The notes: generated by a model not told the origin, from the letters alone. A stretch of 64,000 nucleotides of DNA from Patescibacteria group bacterium (GCA_004297205.1 SCUL01000002.1:462647-526646), one strand, 5' to 3'; shown: positions 45,348-56,328, numbered from the stretch's first letter. A program made the numbers and translations.

Positions 45348-45976
45348 AGCGCTTCACCGTCATCACCCTCTTCCCGGAGATCGTCGCCGCCTACGCCGGC
45401 GAGAGCATCCTAAAACGCGCCGCAGCCAACAAGCTGCTGGCGCTTTCGGCTGTGCAGCTGCGCGACTTCGCCCGGGACAAGCATCGCCGCGCCGACGACA
45501 AGCCGTTCGGCGGCGGCCCCGGCATGGTGCTGATGGTCGAACCGATCGACCGCGCCTTGAAGTCGGTGCTGGGCACGAAAAAGAAAAAGACCCGCGTCAT
45601 CCTGACCTCCGCCCGCGGCACCGTGTTCACCCAGGCGGATGCCAGGCGCCTCGCGAAGTACGACCACGTCGTCTTCATCTGCGGCCGCTATGAAGGAGTC
45701 GATGAACGCGTCGCCGAACACCTGGCCGACGAAGAGCTTTCGATCGGGCCGTACGTGCTTACGGGAGGCGAACTGCCGGCCCTCGTCATGACCGATGCCA
45801 TCGCCCGCCAGATTCCGGGCGTGCTCGGCAAGGGCGAGTCGCTTGAAGAAGCCCACGGCAGCTTCCCGCAGTACACCCGGCCCGAGAAGTACAAAAAATG
45901 GAAGGTGCCGCCGGTGCTCCTCTCCGGCGACCACAAAAAGATCGCCGAGTGGCGCAAGAAGGGGGATCGGCCGTAA
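45344..45976 (+). CDS. trmD: tRNA (m1G37) methyltransferase, probable CTG start
   Basis: KRFTVITLFPE, DDKPFGGGPGMV, CGRYEGVDER, SIGPYVLTGGE. Confidence 0.92.
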   Translation: MKRFTVITLFPEIVAAYAGESILKRAAANKLLALSAVQLRDFARDKHRRADDKPFGGGPGMVLMVEPIDRALKSVLGTKKKKTRVILTSARGTVFTQADARRLAKYDHVVFICGRYEGVDERVAEHLADEELSIGPYVLTGGELPALVMTDAIARQIPGVLGKGESLEEAHGSFPQYTRPEKYKKWKVPPVLLSGDHKKIAEWRKKGDRP

Positions 45977-45979
45977 CGT

Positions 45980-46591
45980 ATGCCGACCCCCGTTCCGTGT
46001 ATCGCATTCAGCGGGGCTCCCTGCACGGGTAAGACCACGTCCATCACCGCGATCAAGAGAGTATTTGGTGATGCGGTCTGCTGCATTCCCGAAGCAGCAA
46101 CGTTCGTGATCGGCCAAGCGGGTTTTCTGCCACCGTCGTCCATTGAGGAAAATCGGCTGTACGTGCGGGCAATGTCTCACGCGCGCATGGCTTTGGAAGA
46201 CATGGCGCAGACGCATGCTCGATCGTCGGGCGCTCAATTCATCGTTGCGGATCGTGCGGTTTTGGATGCGGCACCCTATCTGCCGGGTGGCCGCGACGAA
46301 CTCGCTGAGCTCCTTGAAACGACCGTCCAGGAACTCTTTCAACGGTATGCGACGGTTCTCTTCTTCGAACCGCCGACCAAAGAGATATTCGATGCGGGTC
46401 GAGCGGCGAATCCCGCGCGCTCGGACACCTACGAAGGCATTCAGCGCCTGACCGAGCAAACACGTGCGGCATGGACCGGACATCCCTCTTTTCAAAAGAT
46501 TCCCGCGACAGCAATTTGGAACGACAAGTACGCCCTCGTTGAATCAATCATCCGCGACAACCTGAATAAAAAAGAGGCCGGTCCCGCTTAG
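45980..46591 (+). CDS. AAA_28-type P-loop NTPase
   Basis: SGAPCTGKTT, PEAAT, DRAVLD; lower GC. Confidence 0.78.
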   Translation: MPTPVPCIAFSGAPCTGKTTSITAIKRVFGDAVCCIPEAATFVIGQAGFLPPSSIEENRLYVRAMSHARMALEDMAQTHARSSGAQFIVADRAVLDAAPYLPGGRDELAELLETTVQELFQRYATVLFFEPPTKEIFDAGRAANPARSDTYEGIQRLTEQTRAAWTGHPSFQKIPATAIWNDKYALVESIIRDNLNKKEAGPA

Positions 46592-46632
46592 CGGGATCGG
46601 CCGCGTCGTTTCCCGTTGCCGGGAAGCGGCGC

Positions 46633-47022
46633 TCAGGCCACGACCCGCACCCACTGCAGGCGCGCTCCGCGCCAGAGGCGGAAACGATCCACCGCGAAGG
46701 TGTTCGCCGGATCCGGCCGGTCGCCGTCTCCGATCACGTCGCCGTCCACCATGTATTGGTACGCGCCCTCGTCGTAGCCGCGGATACCGCGCACCAGAAT
46801 CGCACCGCGAACCTCGACCGTGTGCACGTCGTACGCGCCGGGGTAGGCGGTGTGCGTCAGCTCGAGCACCGTTTCGCCGCCGGACGCGACGAGCTCGGGC
46901 CCGACCGCCTCGTAGCGGGTGGCACAGCCGGGCAGGATGCGCGCCGCCACGACCGCGCCGATCCAACCGAACACCGCGCCCATGAATCCCCGCCGTGTTA
47001 CCGGCGGCTTCTCCGTTTCCAT
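46633..47022 (-). CDS. Putative Tat-type lipoprotein
   Basis: TRRGFMG twin-arginine motif, lipobox LPGC, YQYMVDG. Confidence 0.6.
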   Translation of the reverse strand: METEKPPVTRRGFMGAVFGWIGAVVAARILPGCATRYEAVGPELVASGGETVLELTHTAYPGAYDVHTVEVRGAILVRGIRGYDEGAYQYMVDGDVIGDGDRPDPANTFAVDRFRLWRGARLQWVRVVA

Positions 47023-47114
47023 CGCATTTCTCCTCTCGGGTGCCGCCTATTGTACGAGCATCATCACTGCCGCATCAAGCCCCCGATATGCCGGGAAAAA
47101 TTGCCGAAAAACCC

Positions 47115-47180
47115 TGTGGATAAGCCAAAAAACCGATCCCCCTCCCCGCTCTTGACAGCTTTTCGGCACTTCCGTACTAT
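47115..47180 (+). promoter_or_regulatory. rRNA promoter with upstream DnaA box
   Basis: TGTGGATAA at 47115; TTGACA-17-TACTAT at 47152-47180. Confidence 0.7.
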
Positions 47181-47369
47181 ACGGCCACAAAACAAGAGCC
47201 TTTTCGGGCTCTTTGTGTGGTCATGAACAACTGAAGACCATTGCCCAATAGTCAGCCATGGAGGCATCGTGCTTTTCATGGTTGCAACGTCTGTCCGAAG
47301 AGTCGCAAGACTCTTCAATTCAACAGATCTCCAAATAGAGCTATCAGCTCTCGAAACCGGCTTGCCGGT

Positions 47370-48866
<1,497 letters not shown>

Positions 48867-48967
48867 CTAGGGAGTGTTATTCTACTCTTCGGGGTATGAA
48901 TCATTTCCGTCGAACTCGCTGCGCAGTGCAGCGGGTATAGGACGTTGCAACCATAAAGGGCATGAAC

Positions 48968-48994
48968 AAACGCCGGCCGAAAGGCCGGCGTTTT
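48968..48994 (+). terminator. Terminator after 16S
   Basis: CGCCGGCC-GAAA-GGCCGGCG-TTTT. Confidence 0.85.
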
Positions 48995-49141
48995 GATTGG
49001 CCAAGGCCCTTGCCAGGAATCGCCTTTTCCCCTACAGTATCCGGGCAAAACAGACATACGGCGTGGATCGTCGCTTCGCTCCGATGCACGCCCGTCGTCC
49101 GTTCGGCTTCCGAAAGCGAGCTTTCGAAGCCTCACTCCCTA

Positions 49142-49218
49142 GGGCGTGTAGCTCAGTTGGTTAGAGCGTTACACTGATAATGTAAAGGTCGATGGTTCGA
49201 CTCCATCCACGCCCACCA
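49142..49218 (+). tRNA. tRNA-Ile(GAT)
   Basis: Cloverleaf TTACA-CTGATAA-TGTAA with 3' CCA. Confidence 0.97.
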
Positions 49219-49345
49219 AAATCCCCCGTAAATACGGGGGATTTTGAATAGAGATGAATGGTTTCCCGCAAATCGCTGACCTCTGGTTGCCCTGGCTATG
49301 CCCCACTGTGATCAACACTGAGATGTTCTGAGCAGACTGATCGAA

Positions 49346-49555
49346 CTACTGCATCTGGTTCCTCCAGCCGGAGTCCCACTGCTTCGATATCCATACCTCG
49401 ACATCGTCCCGACGGAAGCGTCGTTGTCGGCCAAAGCGGTAGAAGGCAAGGTCTCCCTGAGCGATAAGGCGCTCGAGCGTCGCTCGTGACACGCGAATCA
49501 ATGTCGCGAGCTCGGGTGGAGTCAGAAATTCTGAAGAGCGCTGTTGATCCAGCAT
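49346..49555 (-). CDS. Excisionase-like HTH_17 protein
   Basis: LTPPELATLIRVSRATLERLIAQGDL..RFGRQRRF. Confidence 0.8.
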   Translation of the reverse strand: MLDQQRSSEFLTPPELATLIRVSRATLERLIAQGDLAFYRFGRQRRFRRDDVEVWISKQWDSGWRNQMQ

Positions 49556-49807
49556 AGTGATCGGGCATCATCATGGTAGGAAGTGCGCCCCCACCCTGGA
49601 TGATCCAAAGAGCGGCGTCAACGCCATCGTGACCCGACCCCTTCAGAAATGCCGGAAACTCATGATATAAGCCTGAAGATTGTTGTTATGTCAGAAAGCG
49701 TCATTTCAAGCCGCCAATTCTAGATATCTGTTGGGCGGCGACATTCGACGTCTTCCAGACTTATATGATAGTATCACCGATGTCGTCCTATTCATTAGCT
49801 TTCTCGT

Positions 49808-50776
49808 GTGTCACGCGTCGTTCCCCTTATATCAATGCGCCTTCGTCAGCAGTGGTTGCGCGAACTCGGCGGACTTCAGGCATTTTCGGTGAAAAACAAA
49901 GAGTGGCTTCCATTGCTTGAGGAAGACACGCGCCAGTCCCTGATGATCGAGGGCGAGTTTGTCGATCGACGGGAACTGAAGAACATACTTGAACGTCGAC
50001 CAACGCCGCTGAGCGCCAAAGCCCACAAGGTGCTCGGATACTTCGATGCGGCGAGCTTCAGCTACGAATTCGCGTTCCAGCAGTTTCGTACCGGCGAGTT
50101 CGCTCTGAGCAAGGCGCTGCTACTTCAGATACACGCCCTCATGTTCCGAAATGATCCGCACTTCGCATACACGCCGGGAGAGTGGCGGCGCGGCGACATC
50201 ACCATTACTGGTGCGCCCGTGCGACCACCACCCGCGCATCGAGTGCCTGGGATCATGGATCGCCTGCTCGATCTCGCCAACAAGGCGAAGAGGGACCCCC
50301 TGCGTATCGCTGCCGTCCTTCACGCGGTATTCGAGCACGTCCATCCGTTTCCGGACGGCAACGGACGCGTTGGGAGGATCCTCCTCAACTTCATTCTCAT
50401 TGCGCACGGCTTGCCGAACATCGCCATCAAGGGAATGGAGGCGGAGCGGTCTGACTACGTCGCGGCGTTGGAGGAGGCGGATCCGGTTGTCGCGGACGTA
50501 CTTCGTGGTAGGCGGCCGTGGACATTCCTGCTCCAACACCCGTTCCTGCATCTCGAGGAGATTCTCAATCACGATCTCGCGGTTGCCATGGATTCCATCG
50601 TCTGTCCGCGCTTTGAGGAGAAGCGTGCGCCCTTGATGACGCTTGAGGAAGTCGCCAGGCAGACGAGCAGGAAGCTCCCCTCGTTTCAGACAGCCTGTTC
50701 TCAAAAAAAGTACATCTCAATCAAGCGCGGCCGAAGCCGCGTGACGCATCCGCTCCTTCTTCAAAAGCCGCGGTAG
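49808..50776 (+). CDS. Fic-family protein (class II) with possible C-terminal HTH
   Basis: HPFPDGNGRVGR motif; N-terminal inhibitory SLMIEG. Confidence 0.9.
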   Translation: MSRVVPLISMRLRQQWLRELGGLQAFSVKNKEWLPLLEEDTRQSLMIEGEFVDRRELKNILERRPTPLSAKAHKVLGYFDAASFSYEFAFQQFRTGEFALSKALLLQIHALMFRNDPHFAYTPGEWRRGDITITGAPVRPPPAHRVPGIMDRLLDLANKAKRDPLRIAAVLHAVFEHVHPFPDGNGRVGRILLNFILIAHGLPNIAIKGMEAERSDYVAALEEADPVVADVLRGRRPWTFLLQHPFLHLEEILNHDLAVAMDSIVCPRFEEKRAPLMTLEEVARQTSRKLPSFQTACSQKKYISIKRGRSRVTHPLLLQKPR

Positions 50777-51118
50777 TGTCCGAACGGAGTGACCGGAATA
50801 ACAGAACAACTCCCCCATTACTGGAAGAGTTGTTCTATCGGCCGCACCTCTGCCCGCCCGTACGTAAGGCGTGCAATGTATGCAGGGCAGCGTTTATCCC
50901 TGGTACCTGTTGACCGGACGTTGCCCACGCCGTGACAGGGTGAGTAAGTGTCGAGTCACCAGAGACGCCGCCGACCTTATGATTCCAGGCTCTTCTGCGA
51001 CCTGCAAGAGACTGGAGTGATCCCAGAATCACGCTTACCCGGGGTTCGACTCCATCCACGCCCACCAGAAAAGCGCCTCTCTTCGGAGAGGCGCTTTTCT
51101 TTGATACAGTATCGGCAT

Positions 51119-51685
51119 ATGCGCCTCACCCCTTTGCTTTCGGTCCTATCCACGATCACGCTGGTCGGGGCAGGTTGTTTCCCCTCGACGCCGGCCATCA
51201 CTTCCTTCGAGGAGTGCGCCGCGGCGGGCAACCCCGTCATGGAATCGTATCCGCGCCAATGCCGCACCCCGGACGGCCGAAGCTTCACCGAAGAAGTCTC
51301 GCCGCCTCCCTCGCTCGGCCTGTGGGCGGAGCCCAACGGCATCGTCGTGACGGATCAGCAACCGGGCGCAAGCGTCACGATTTCTGCAATCATCATGGAG
51401 AAGGCTGGTTGGATCGTCATTCATAAAGAAGCCGCTGGCAAGCCCGGTGTCGTGATCGGTGAGGCGCGTCTCGTGGCCGGCGAGAGCAGCCAGATCAAGG
51501 TGTCGCTGCGGGAGGCGACCCTCGAGGGCATGGGGTATTACGCCATGCTGCACATGGACGACGGCGACGGCCGCTTCAACATTGCCAAAGACGCCCCGGT
51601 ACGCAGCTCCGTGCTTGATGGAATCATCATGGCGCGGTTCGAGGCCTCGGCCGAGGCGGGTGAACCGCCGGTCGTCAATCCGTAA
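51119..51685 (+). CDS. Lipoprotein
   Basis: LVGAGC lipobox; ITSFEECAAAGNPVMESYPRQC. Confidence 0.8.
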   Translation: MRLTPLLSVLSTITLVGAGCFPSTPAITSFEECAAAGNPVMESYPRQCRTPDGRSFTEEVSPPPSLGLWAEPNGIVVTDQQPGASVTISAIIMEKAGWIVIHKEAAGKPGVVIGEARLVAGESSQIKVSLREATLEGMGYYAMLHMDDGDGRFNIAKDAPVRSSVLDGIIMARFEASAEAGEPPVVNP

Positions 51686-51730
51686 CACGCGTCACTTGCG
51701 TGATCTGCGGGGACATGTGAGGATCCCTGC

Positions 51731-51858
51731 ATGTTGGTCACCCAAGCCATCGCCACTTGGTCCGGCTTCGCCCGCGCCGCCCGCTCCTGACCGGGCAGCG
51801 GCCGCGCTTTGATCGCCAAAGCCCTGGAATCCGCCCTGCTCGGGCGGATTTTCTTTTT
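51731..51858 (+). promoter_or_regulatory. Attenuator-like leader (19-aa peptide plus terminator/antiterminator)
   Basis: ORF 51731-51790 MLVTQAIATWSGFARAARS; terminator 51828-51858. Confidence 0.45.
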
Positions 51859-51905
51859 ATTCATCTGCCACGGGTTGCTGCGGCCTTCCCTCTCTCGCTG
51901 ATCCT

Positions 51906-52610
51906 ATGATCGTCCGCGCCATCAAGACACGCGTGTTCCTTGAAGGTGAAAACGTGCACCATTTCATCGCGGAGCATGTCCGCCTGCTGCACGAGCGATC
52001 CATCCTCGTCGTCACCTCGAAGATCGTCGCGCTCGCGGAAGGGCGGACCGCCACGCCCGCATCCGAAGAAGAGAAGGCGGCTCTGATCCGCAGCGAGAGC
52101 TCGTTGGCCATTCCGACCACCTACTGTTGGCTGACCGTTCGGGACGGCATGGTCATGCCCTCCGCGGGAGTGGACGAGTCGAACGGCAACGGCAAAACGA
52201 TCCTTCTCCCGCGTGACAGCTACGTCGCCGCCTCGGCACTGCGGGAAACACTGCTCAAAACATGCAAGTTACGGCATCTTGGCGTGCTCGTGACGGACAG
52301 CCGGACGCTTCCGCTGCGCGCCGGCGTCACCGGCGTCGCCATGGGCTATGCCGGTTTTCGCGGCATTCGCGACTACCGCGGCAAGCCGGATATCTTCGGG
52401 CGTCTCCTGCGCATGTCGAGAACCAACGTGGCCGACAGCTTGGCGGCCGCCGCGGTGCTGCTGATGGGTGAAGGCGCGGAGCAACAGCCACTTGCCATCG
52501 TGGAAGATGCTCCGGTGGAGTTCAGCGACATCGTCGATCGCGGAGAACTGGCAATCGACATTCGTGATGACATGTATCGTCCATTGTTCACGAACATCGC
52601 TCACTCATGA
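51906..52610 (+). CDS. CofE-like gamma-glutamyl ligase (F420-ligase family, possible folylpolyglutamate synthase)
   Basis: VTSKIVALAEG, AGVDESN, TDSRTLPLRAG, MGEGAEQQP. Confidence 0.85.
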   Translation: MIVRAIKTRVFLEGENVHHFIAEHVRLLHERSILVVTSKIVALAEGRTATPASEEEKAALIRSESSLAIPTTYCWLTVRDGMVMPSAGVDESNGNGKTILLPRDSYVAASALRETLLKTCKLRHLGVLVTDSRTLPLRAGVTGVAMGYAGFRGIRDYRGKPDIFGRLLRMSRTNVADSLAAAAVLLMGEGAEQQPLAIVEDAPVEFSDIVDRGELAIDIRDDMYRPLFTNIAHS

Positions 52611-52780
52611 ACAATCTGTGGATAACTAGGTCGCTTTTTCTTGCTCTCACACTTCATCGTGCTACACTGAATCGTGCATGGAGGAAATTTGTGATGAGAT
52701 CGCCGATTTCCTCGCAGCACATCACATAACGCGCCACGCATCTGACGTGCGTACCGCGCACACGGAAGGAGGTGACCGAC

Positions 52781-52867
52781 ATGGCTAAACGGAAGAAGGC
52801 AGCGAAGCGGAAGCCGGCCAAGCGGCCCGCCAAGCGGAAGAAGGCGACCAAGAAGCGCCGCGCCTAA
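52781..52867 (+). CDS. 28-aa Lys/Arg-rich basic peptide
   Basis: SD AAGGAGGTGA; MAKRKKAAKRKPAKRPAKRKKATKKRRA; terminator 52875-52906. Confidence 0.7.
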   Translation: MAKRKKAAKRKPAKRPAKRKKATKKRRA

Positions 52868-52888
52868 TGACGCTCAAAAATCGCTCCC

Positions 52889-54133
52889 TTACAGGAGCGA
52901 TTTTTGTTTTGCTTCCGTTTCGTCTTCTTTGAAAATCCGCACCGTGCCGTATTGTCCGTCGAAGCCGCCGAGCACCGTGAGTTCTGCCGCGCGTACCCTG
53001 CGTATCGCTTCAGCCACGCGTTGCCCGCCTTCCGCGGCGATCTGCGCCAGCGGAACATCCAAAAGAACGGCAAATTCACTACCGACGCGGTCGGTCAGCC
53101 GCTGGTACACCTGCTGCACTTTTTTCGAAGCCGGGCCGACATCCAGAGCTTCGCCGATGACTTGTTCGAGCGGCACGATGCTGCGAAACGGCACGGCATC
53201 CGGGGGCTTTCCGCCGTCCGGCCGGTCGGCCAGCGCCGCGACGCGGGCAAGGACGCCGACCGTGACCTGCTTGCCGCAAGCCGGACAGATCCCTTTCCGC
53301 TTGGCCGTCTCTTCCGGCTTCATGCGAACGCCGCACAGACGATGACCGTCCAAATGATACTTCCCCTCTTCCGGAAAGAATTCGATCGTCTCCACCAGCG
53401 CTTTCTTGTCGCGGCCGGCGATGGCCGCGTACAGCGCGGCGTAGGTGCGCTCCGGCAGATCAAACACGTCGGCTTCACGGCCGAGGTTGCGCAGCGAGTG
53501 CGCATCGGAGTGCGAGAGCAGCAGCACGCCGTCCAGTTGCGAGAGGCGCCAGTTCATGGCCGGGTCCGAAGAGAGGCCGGTCTCGATGGCATGGATGTGT
53601 TTGGCGTCGTCGCCGAAACACTCGGTGATGCTGTCGAAACCGGACTCGGAACCGAAGATGGCGAACCACGGCGTCCAGGCGTGCGCGGGAATCAGCAGCG
53701 TGCGCGGATCGGCTTCCTGGATGAGGTGCAGGAGATCGACCGAATCCATGCCGAGGATCGGCCGCCCGTCGGCTTTCAAGTTCTTCCCCAGTTTTTCCAG
53801 AGCGGCGCGGATCTTGTGGACCGCGGCGAAATCCGGCGCAAGAAGCACGAGGTGGACGCGCCGTACTTTGCCGCCCCGCTTGTAGATGCAGGCGACTTCA
53901 CTCGACAGCACGAAGCGCGCGCCGGGCTCCGCCGGATACGCATAGGTGCCAGGCGCGACTTCCACGAGGTCGCGCTCGAGTTCCGCGATCCAGGCCGGAT
54001 GCGTGAAGTCGCCGCTGCCGAGCAGATCGATCCCCTTGCGCCGGGCCCATTGCGCCAGGTTCGGCACGGTGAGTTCCTGGCTGCAGGCGCGGGAAAACCG
54101 CGAATGGATATGGAGGTCGGTGATGGTGCGCAT
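52889..54133 (-). CDS. Endonuclease Q / YqxK-family PHP protein
   Basis: DLHIHSRFS, GDFTHP, PAHAWTPW, ETGLSSD, SDAHS, GKYH..C..CPAC, GFDGQYG. Confidence 0.9.
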   Translation of the reverse strand: MRTITDLHIHSRFSRACSQELTVPNLAQWARRKGIDLLGSGDFTHPAWIAELERDLVEVAPGTYAYPAEPGARFVLSSEVACIYKRGGKVRRVHLVLLAPDFAAVHKIRAALEKLGKNLKADGRPILGMDSVDLLHLIQEADPRTLLIPAHAWTPWFAIFGSESGFDSITECFGDDAKHIHAIETGLSSDPAMNWRLSQLDGVLLLSHSDAHSLRNLGREADVFDLPERTYAALYAAIAGRDKKALVETIEFFPEEGKYHLDGHRLCGVRMKPEETAKRKGICPACGKQVTVGVLARVAALADRPDGGKPPDAVPFRSIVPLEQVIGEALDVGPASKKVQQVYQRLTDRVGSEFAVLLDVPLAQIAAEGGQRVAEAIRRVRAAELTVLGGFDGQYGTVRIFKEDETEAKQKSLL

Positions 54134-54219
54134 GCCGGGCAGTATAAAGGAACGTCGGGATAAAAAAAGTGGGCAGCGACGGTGAGTCGCTGCCCGCGTT
54201 GCCGATGCAACGGTGGCGC

Positions 54220-55944
54220 CTAGGCCGCCTCGGGATCGTCCTCGGCGGAGGACGGCGCCCGCCCGGTCTCCCACCGGGCAATCCGCGCGACCGCCTGGGT
54301 TCCGTCCTCCTCGTACGAGGGGATGAACTCCAGGAGCCGCTCGGACCAGCCGGCAAGGAGCGCGACGCGCGGCTCGTCGCTTGGGAACTGCGCGGTGCCG
54401 TATCCGGCCAGGTCCACGGAGTACAGGAAGACTCCGGGGTTCACCTGGCTGCGGTACCGCCGCAGCTCCTCGGCAAGCGACGCGTCCCGGACGGACTCGT
54501 GCCACATTCCGTGCGCGGCCTGGGCCGAGTCGTAGCACTGCATGTCCGAGAAGAGGATGATCCGGTCGACCCGGGTCTTCGTCTCGCGCAGGTGCCGGAC
54601 GGCGAGGTACGCGTTCGTGGCGTGGCCCACGTCGGTGTTCGCCAGGCGCGCCATGTTGGTGATGATCGAATCCTTGGAAAGGACCGGCACCACCTTGTGA
54701 CTCTCGCCGAACACCGAGCACACCGCCTGGTCGCACATCGTGTGGGCGATGGCGCCGAGGAGGTTGGCCACGTCGCGCAGCGCGACCGTCGAGCGCTCGG
54801 AGACCGGGGACTGCATCGAGCCCGAGTTGTCCGCGGTGATGAACGTGCGCCCCGCGAGTCGGGGCAGATTCACCACCGAAGCCTCGAGCGCCGCAAGCAG
54901 CGCCTCCATGACCTCCGTCCGCCGCGGGTGCGACGCGATGCGCTCGTCGAGGGCCCGCCCCGAGATGCCGCACCACTCGCCCGCCACGGACGGGTCGAGC
55001 ACCCGGTACGCCGAGTAGAACCGGAACGGCAGCTGCCGGCTCCGCCGCACGTGCTCGGGGTTCCGGAGCATCGCGATCACGCGGTCGAGCGCCTCGTCGG
55101 CGCCGTTGCGCATGAGGTTCGCGATGTTCCGCATCCCGGCCATGAACGGCAGGCGCAGTGCGTTCCAGGTCTCGGCCTTCGCCCCGAAGTGGGAGATGAG
55201 GACCTCCCACGTGGCGTCGGCCGCGGCGGCGAGCGCGCGCGCCTCGTCGTCGAACGCCTGCTTGCGCAGCAGGGCCGACTTGGCCGCGAGCTTCGGCAGG
55301 AGCGCCGCGTCGAGCTCGCCCTTCACCAGGTACCGGTAGAGCGCGGAACGCTCCGGTGTGCCGGGCTTGGGGCGGACGATGCGCAGCACGTCGCGGAGCT
55401 TCACGGCCCGGTCGCGGTCGTACTTGGCGAAGTGGTACTCGCCGAAGTTCCCGAGCGCGTCCGCAAGCCCGCGGGTGAGGCAGTTCGGGAAGGCGTGCTC
55501 CCCGCCGCGCTCACCGTGCGAGCCGATCGGCCCGTGCGCCCTCGTCCACGCCGCGATGACCTCGGCCGGCTCGTCCGCGCGGCGGACGATCTCCGGGGTC
55601 CAGCGCCGGACGAACGGCTTGCAGGCCGGGATGGACGCGGCCATGGCGAGCACCACGATCGGGGTCGACCGGATGTGCATCACCTGGCGCGTGTAGGCCG
55701 CGAGCCGGAGCACGAACTCCGGATCCACCGCGGCCGCGGCGGCAACGTCGGCGAGGAGCTCCACATCCGACGTCTGTCCGTCGGCGTAGAACTTCGGCTC
55801 GCCGGCGAGCGACGCGCACACCCGCGTGTACAGCCGGGTCCGCGCATCCGAGGTGAAGGCGAGGCCGCCCCCGTGGTTGCGCGTGGCATCGGCGCGGGAG
55901 ACGACCTGCTCACGGATCGACGGCGAACGAAGATTCTGACGCAT
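54220..55944 (-). CDS. rsr: Ro60/TROVE RNA-binding protein
   Basis: NHGGGLAF, DPEFVLRLAAYTR, AKYDR, RPKP, TWE, LPF..MRNI, QLPFRFYSAY, vWA DNSGSM, FSDMQ. Confidence 0.92.
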   Translation of the reverse strand: MRQNLRSPSIREQVVSRADATRNHGGGLAFTSDARTRLYTRVCASLAGEPKFYADGQTSDVELLADVAAAAAVDPEFVLRLAAYTRQVMHIRSTPIVVLAMAASIPACKPFVRRWTPEIVRRADEPAEVIAAWTRAHGPIGSHGERGGEHAFPNCLTRGLADALGNFGEYHFAKYDRDRAVKLRDVLRIVRPKPGTPERSALYRYLVKGELDAALLPKLAAKSALLRKQAFDDEARALAAAADATWEVLISHFGAKAETWNALRLPFMAGMRNIANLMRNGADEALDRVIAMLRNPEHVRRSRQLPFRFYSAYRVLDPSVAGEWCGISGRALDERIASHPRRTEVMEALLAALEASVVNLPRLAGRTFITADNSGSMQSPVSERSTVALRDVANLLGAIAHTMCDQAVCSVFGESHKVVPVLSKDSIITNMARLANTDVGHATNAYLAVRHLRETKTRVDRIILFSDMQCYDSAQAAHGMWHESVRDASLAEELRRYRSQVNPGVFLYSVDLAGYGTAQFPSDEPRVALLAGWSERLLEFIPSYEEDGTQAVARIARWETGRAPSSAEDDPEAA

Positions 55945-56000
55945 GGGATCCTCCACCTGCCCCGCTCAGCGGGACGGAACGTTGTTATGTGCGAGTTGTG

Positions 56001-56036
56001 AAAGAAGAGGCCCGGGACGCGTGTCGTCGCCGGGCC
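56001..56036 (-). terminator. Putative terminator between Y-like RNAs and rsr
   Basis: GGCCCGG...CCGGGCC followed by TCTTCTTT. Confidence 0.55.
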
Positions 56037-56043
56037 ATGAAGC

Positions 56044-56316
56044 TTGCGTATCTGGGGAGAAGAAGCGGAATCGGATGCTTGTCACCGCGCCGTACCGCGA
56101 TGGCATCCACGACGTCCTTTCGGACGCCGCGGGAGTGGAACTTTCGTTCCCCAGGGACGTGACCCCGAACGGGTCCGTCATCCCTGGTGCCGGCATCAAC
56201 CCTCACACGGAGGTCCGCCGACATGATGTTCAACCGACTGTCGAGGCCGGTCGACCATTCCCAATTGGAGATGTTCTTTAGAAGTAACCGGTTCCTACGC
56301 TGCCCCAGACGCGCAA
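56044..56316 (-). ncRNA. Long Y-RNA-like RNA
   Basis: 14-bp terminal stem, GCAGCGTAG, GGAACCGG/CCGATTCC stem, TACTTC, GCTTCTT; ~205-nt internal multi-hairpin domain. Confidence 0.7.
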
Positions 56317-56328
56317 CTTGTGAAGGTT

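Larger units (their letters stand above)
49194..51067. mobile_element. Small tRNA-Ile-integrated islet bounded by a 25-bp direct repeat
   Basis: GGTTCGACTCCATCCACGCCCACCA at 49194-49218 and 51043-51067; lower GC cargo. Confidence 0.85.

Noticed and set aside
50780-51040. Integrase remnant in the tRNA-Ile islet
   Set aside because: No recombinase motif is recognisable in the frames read
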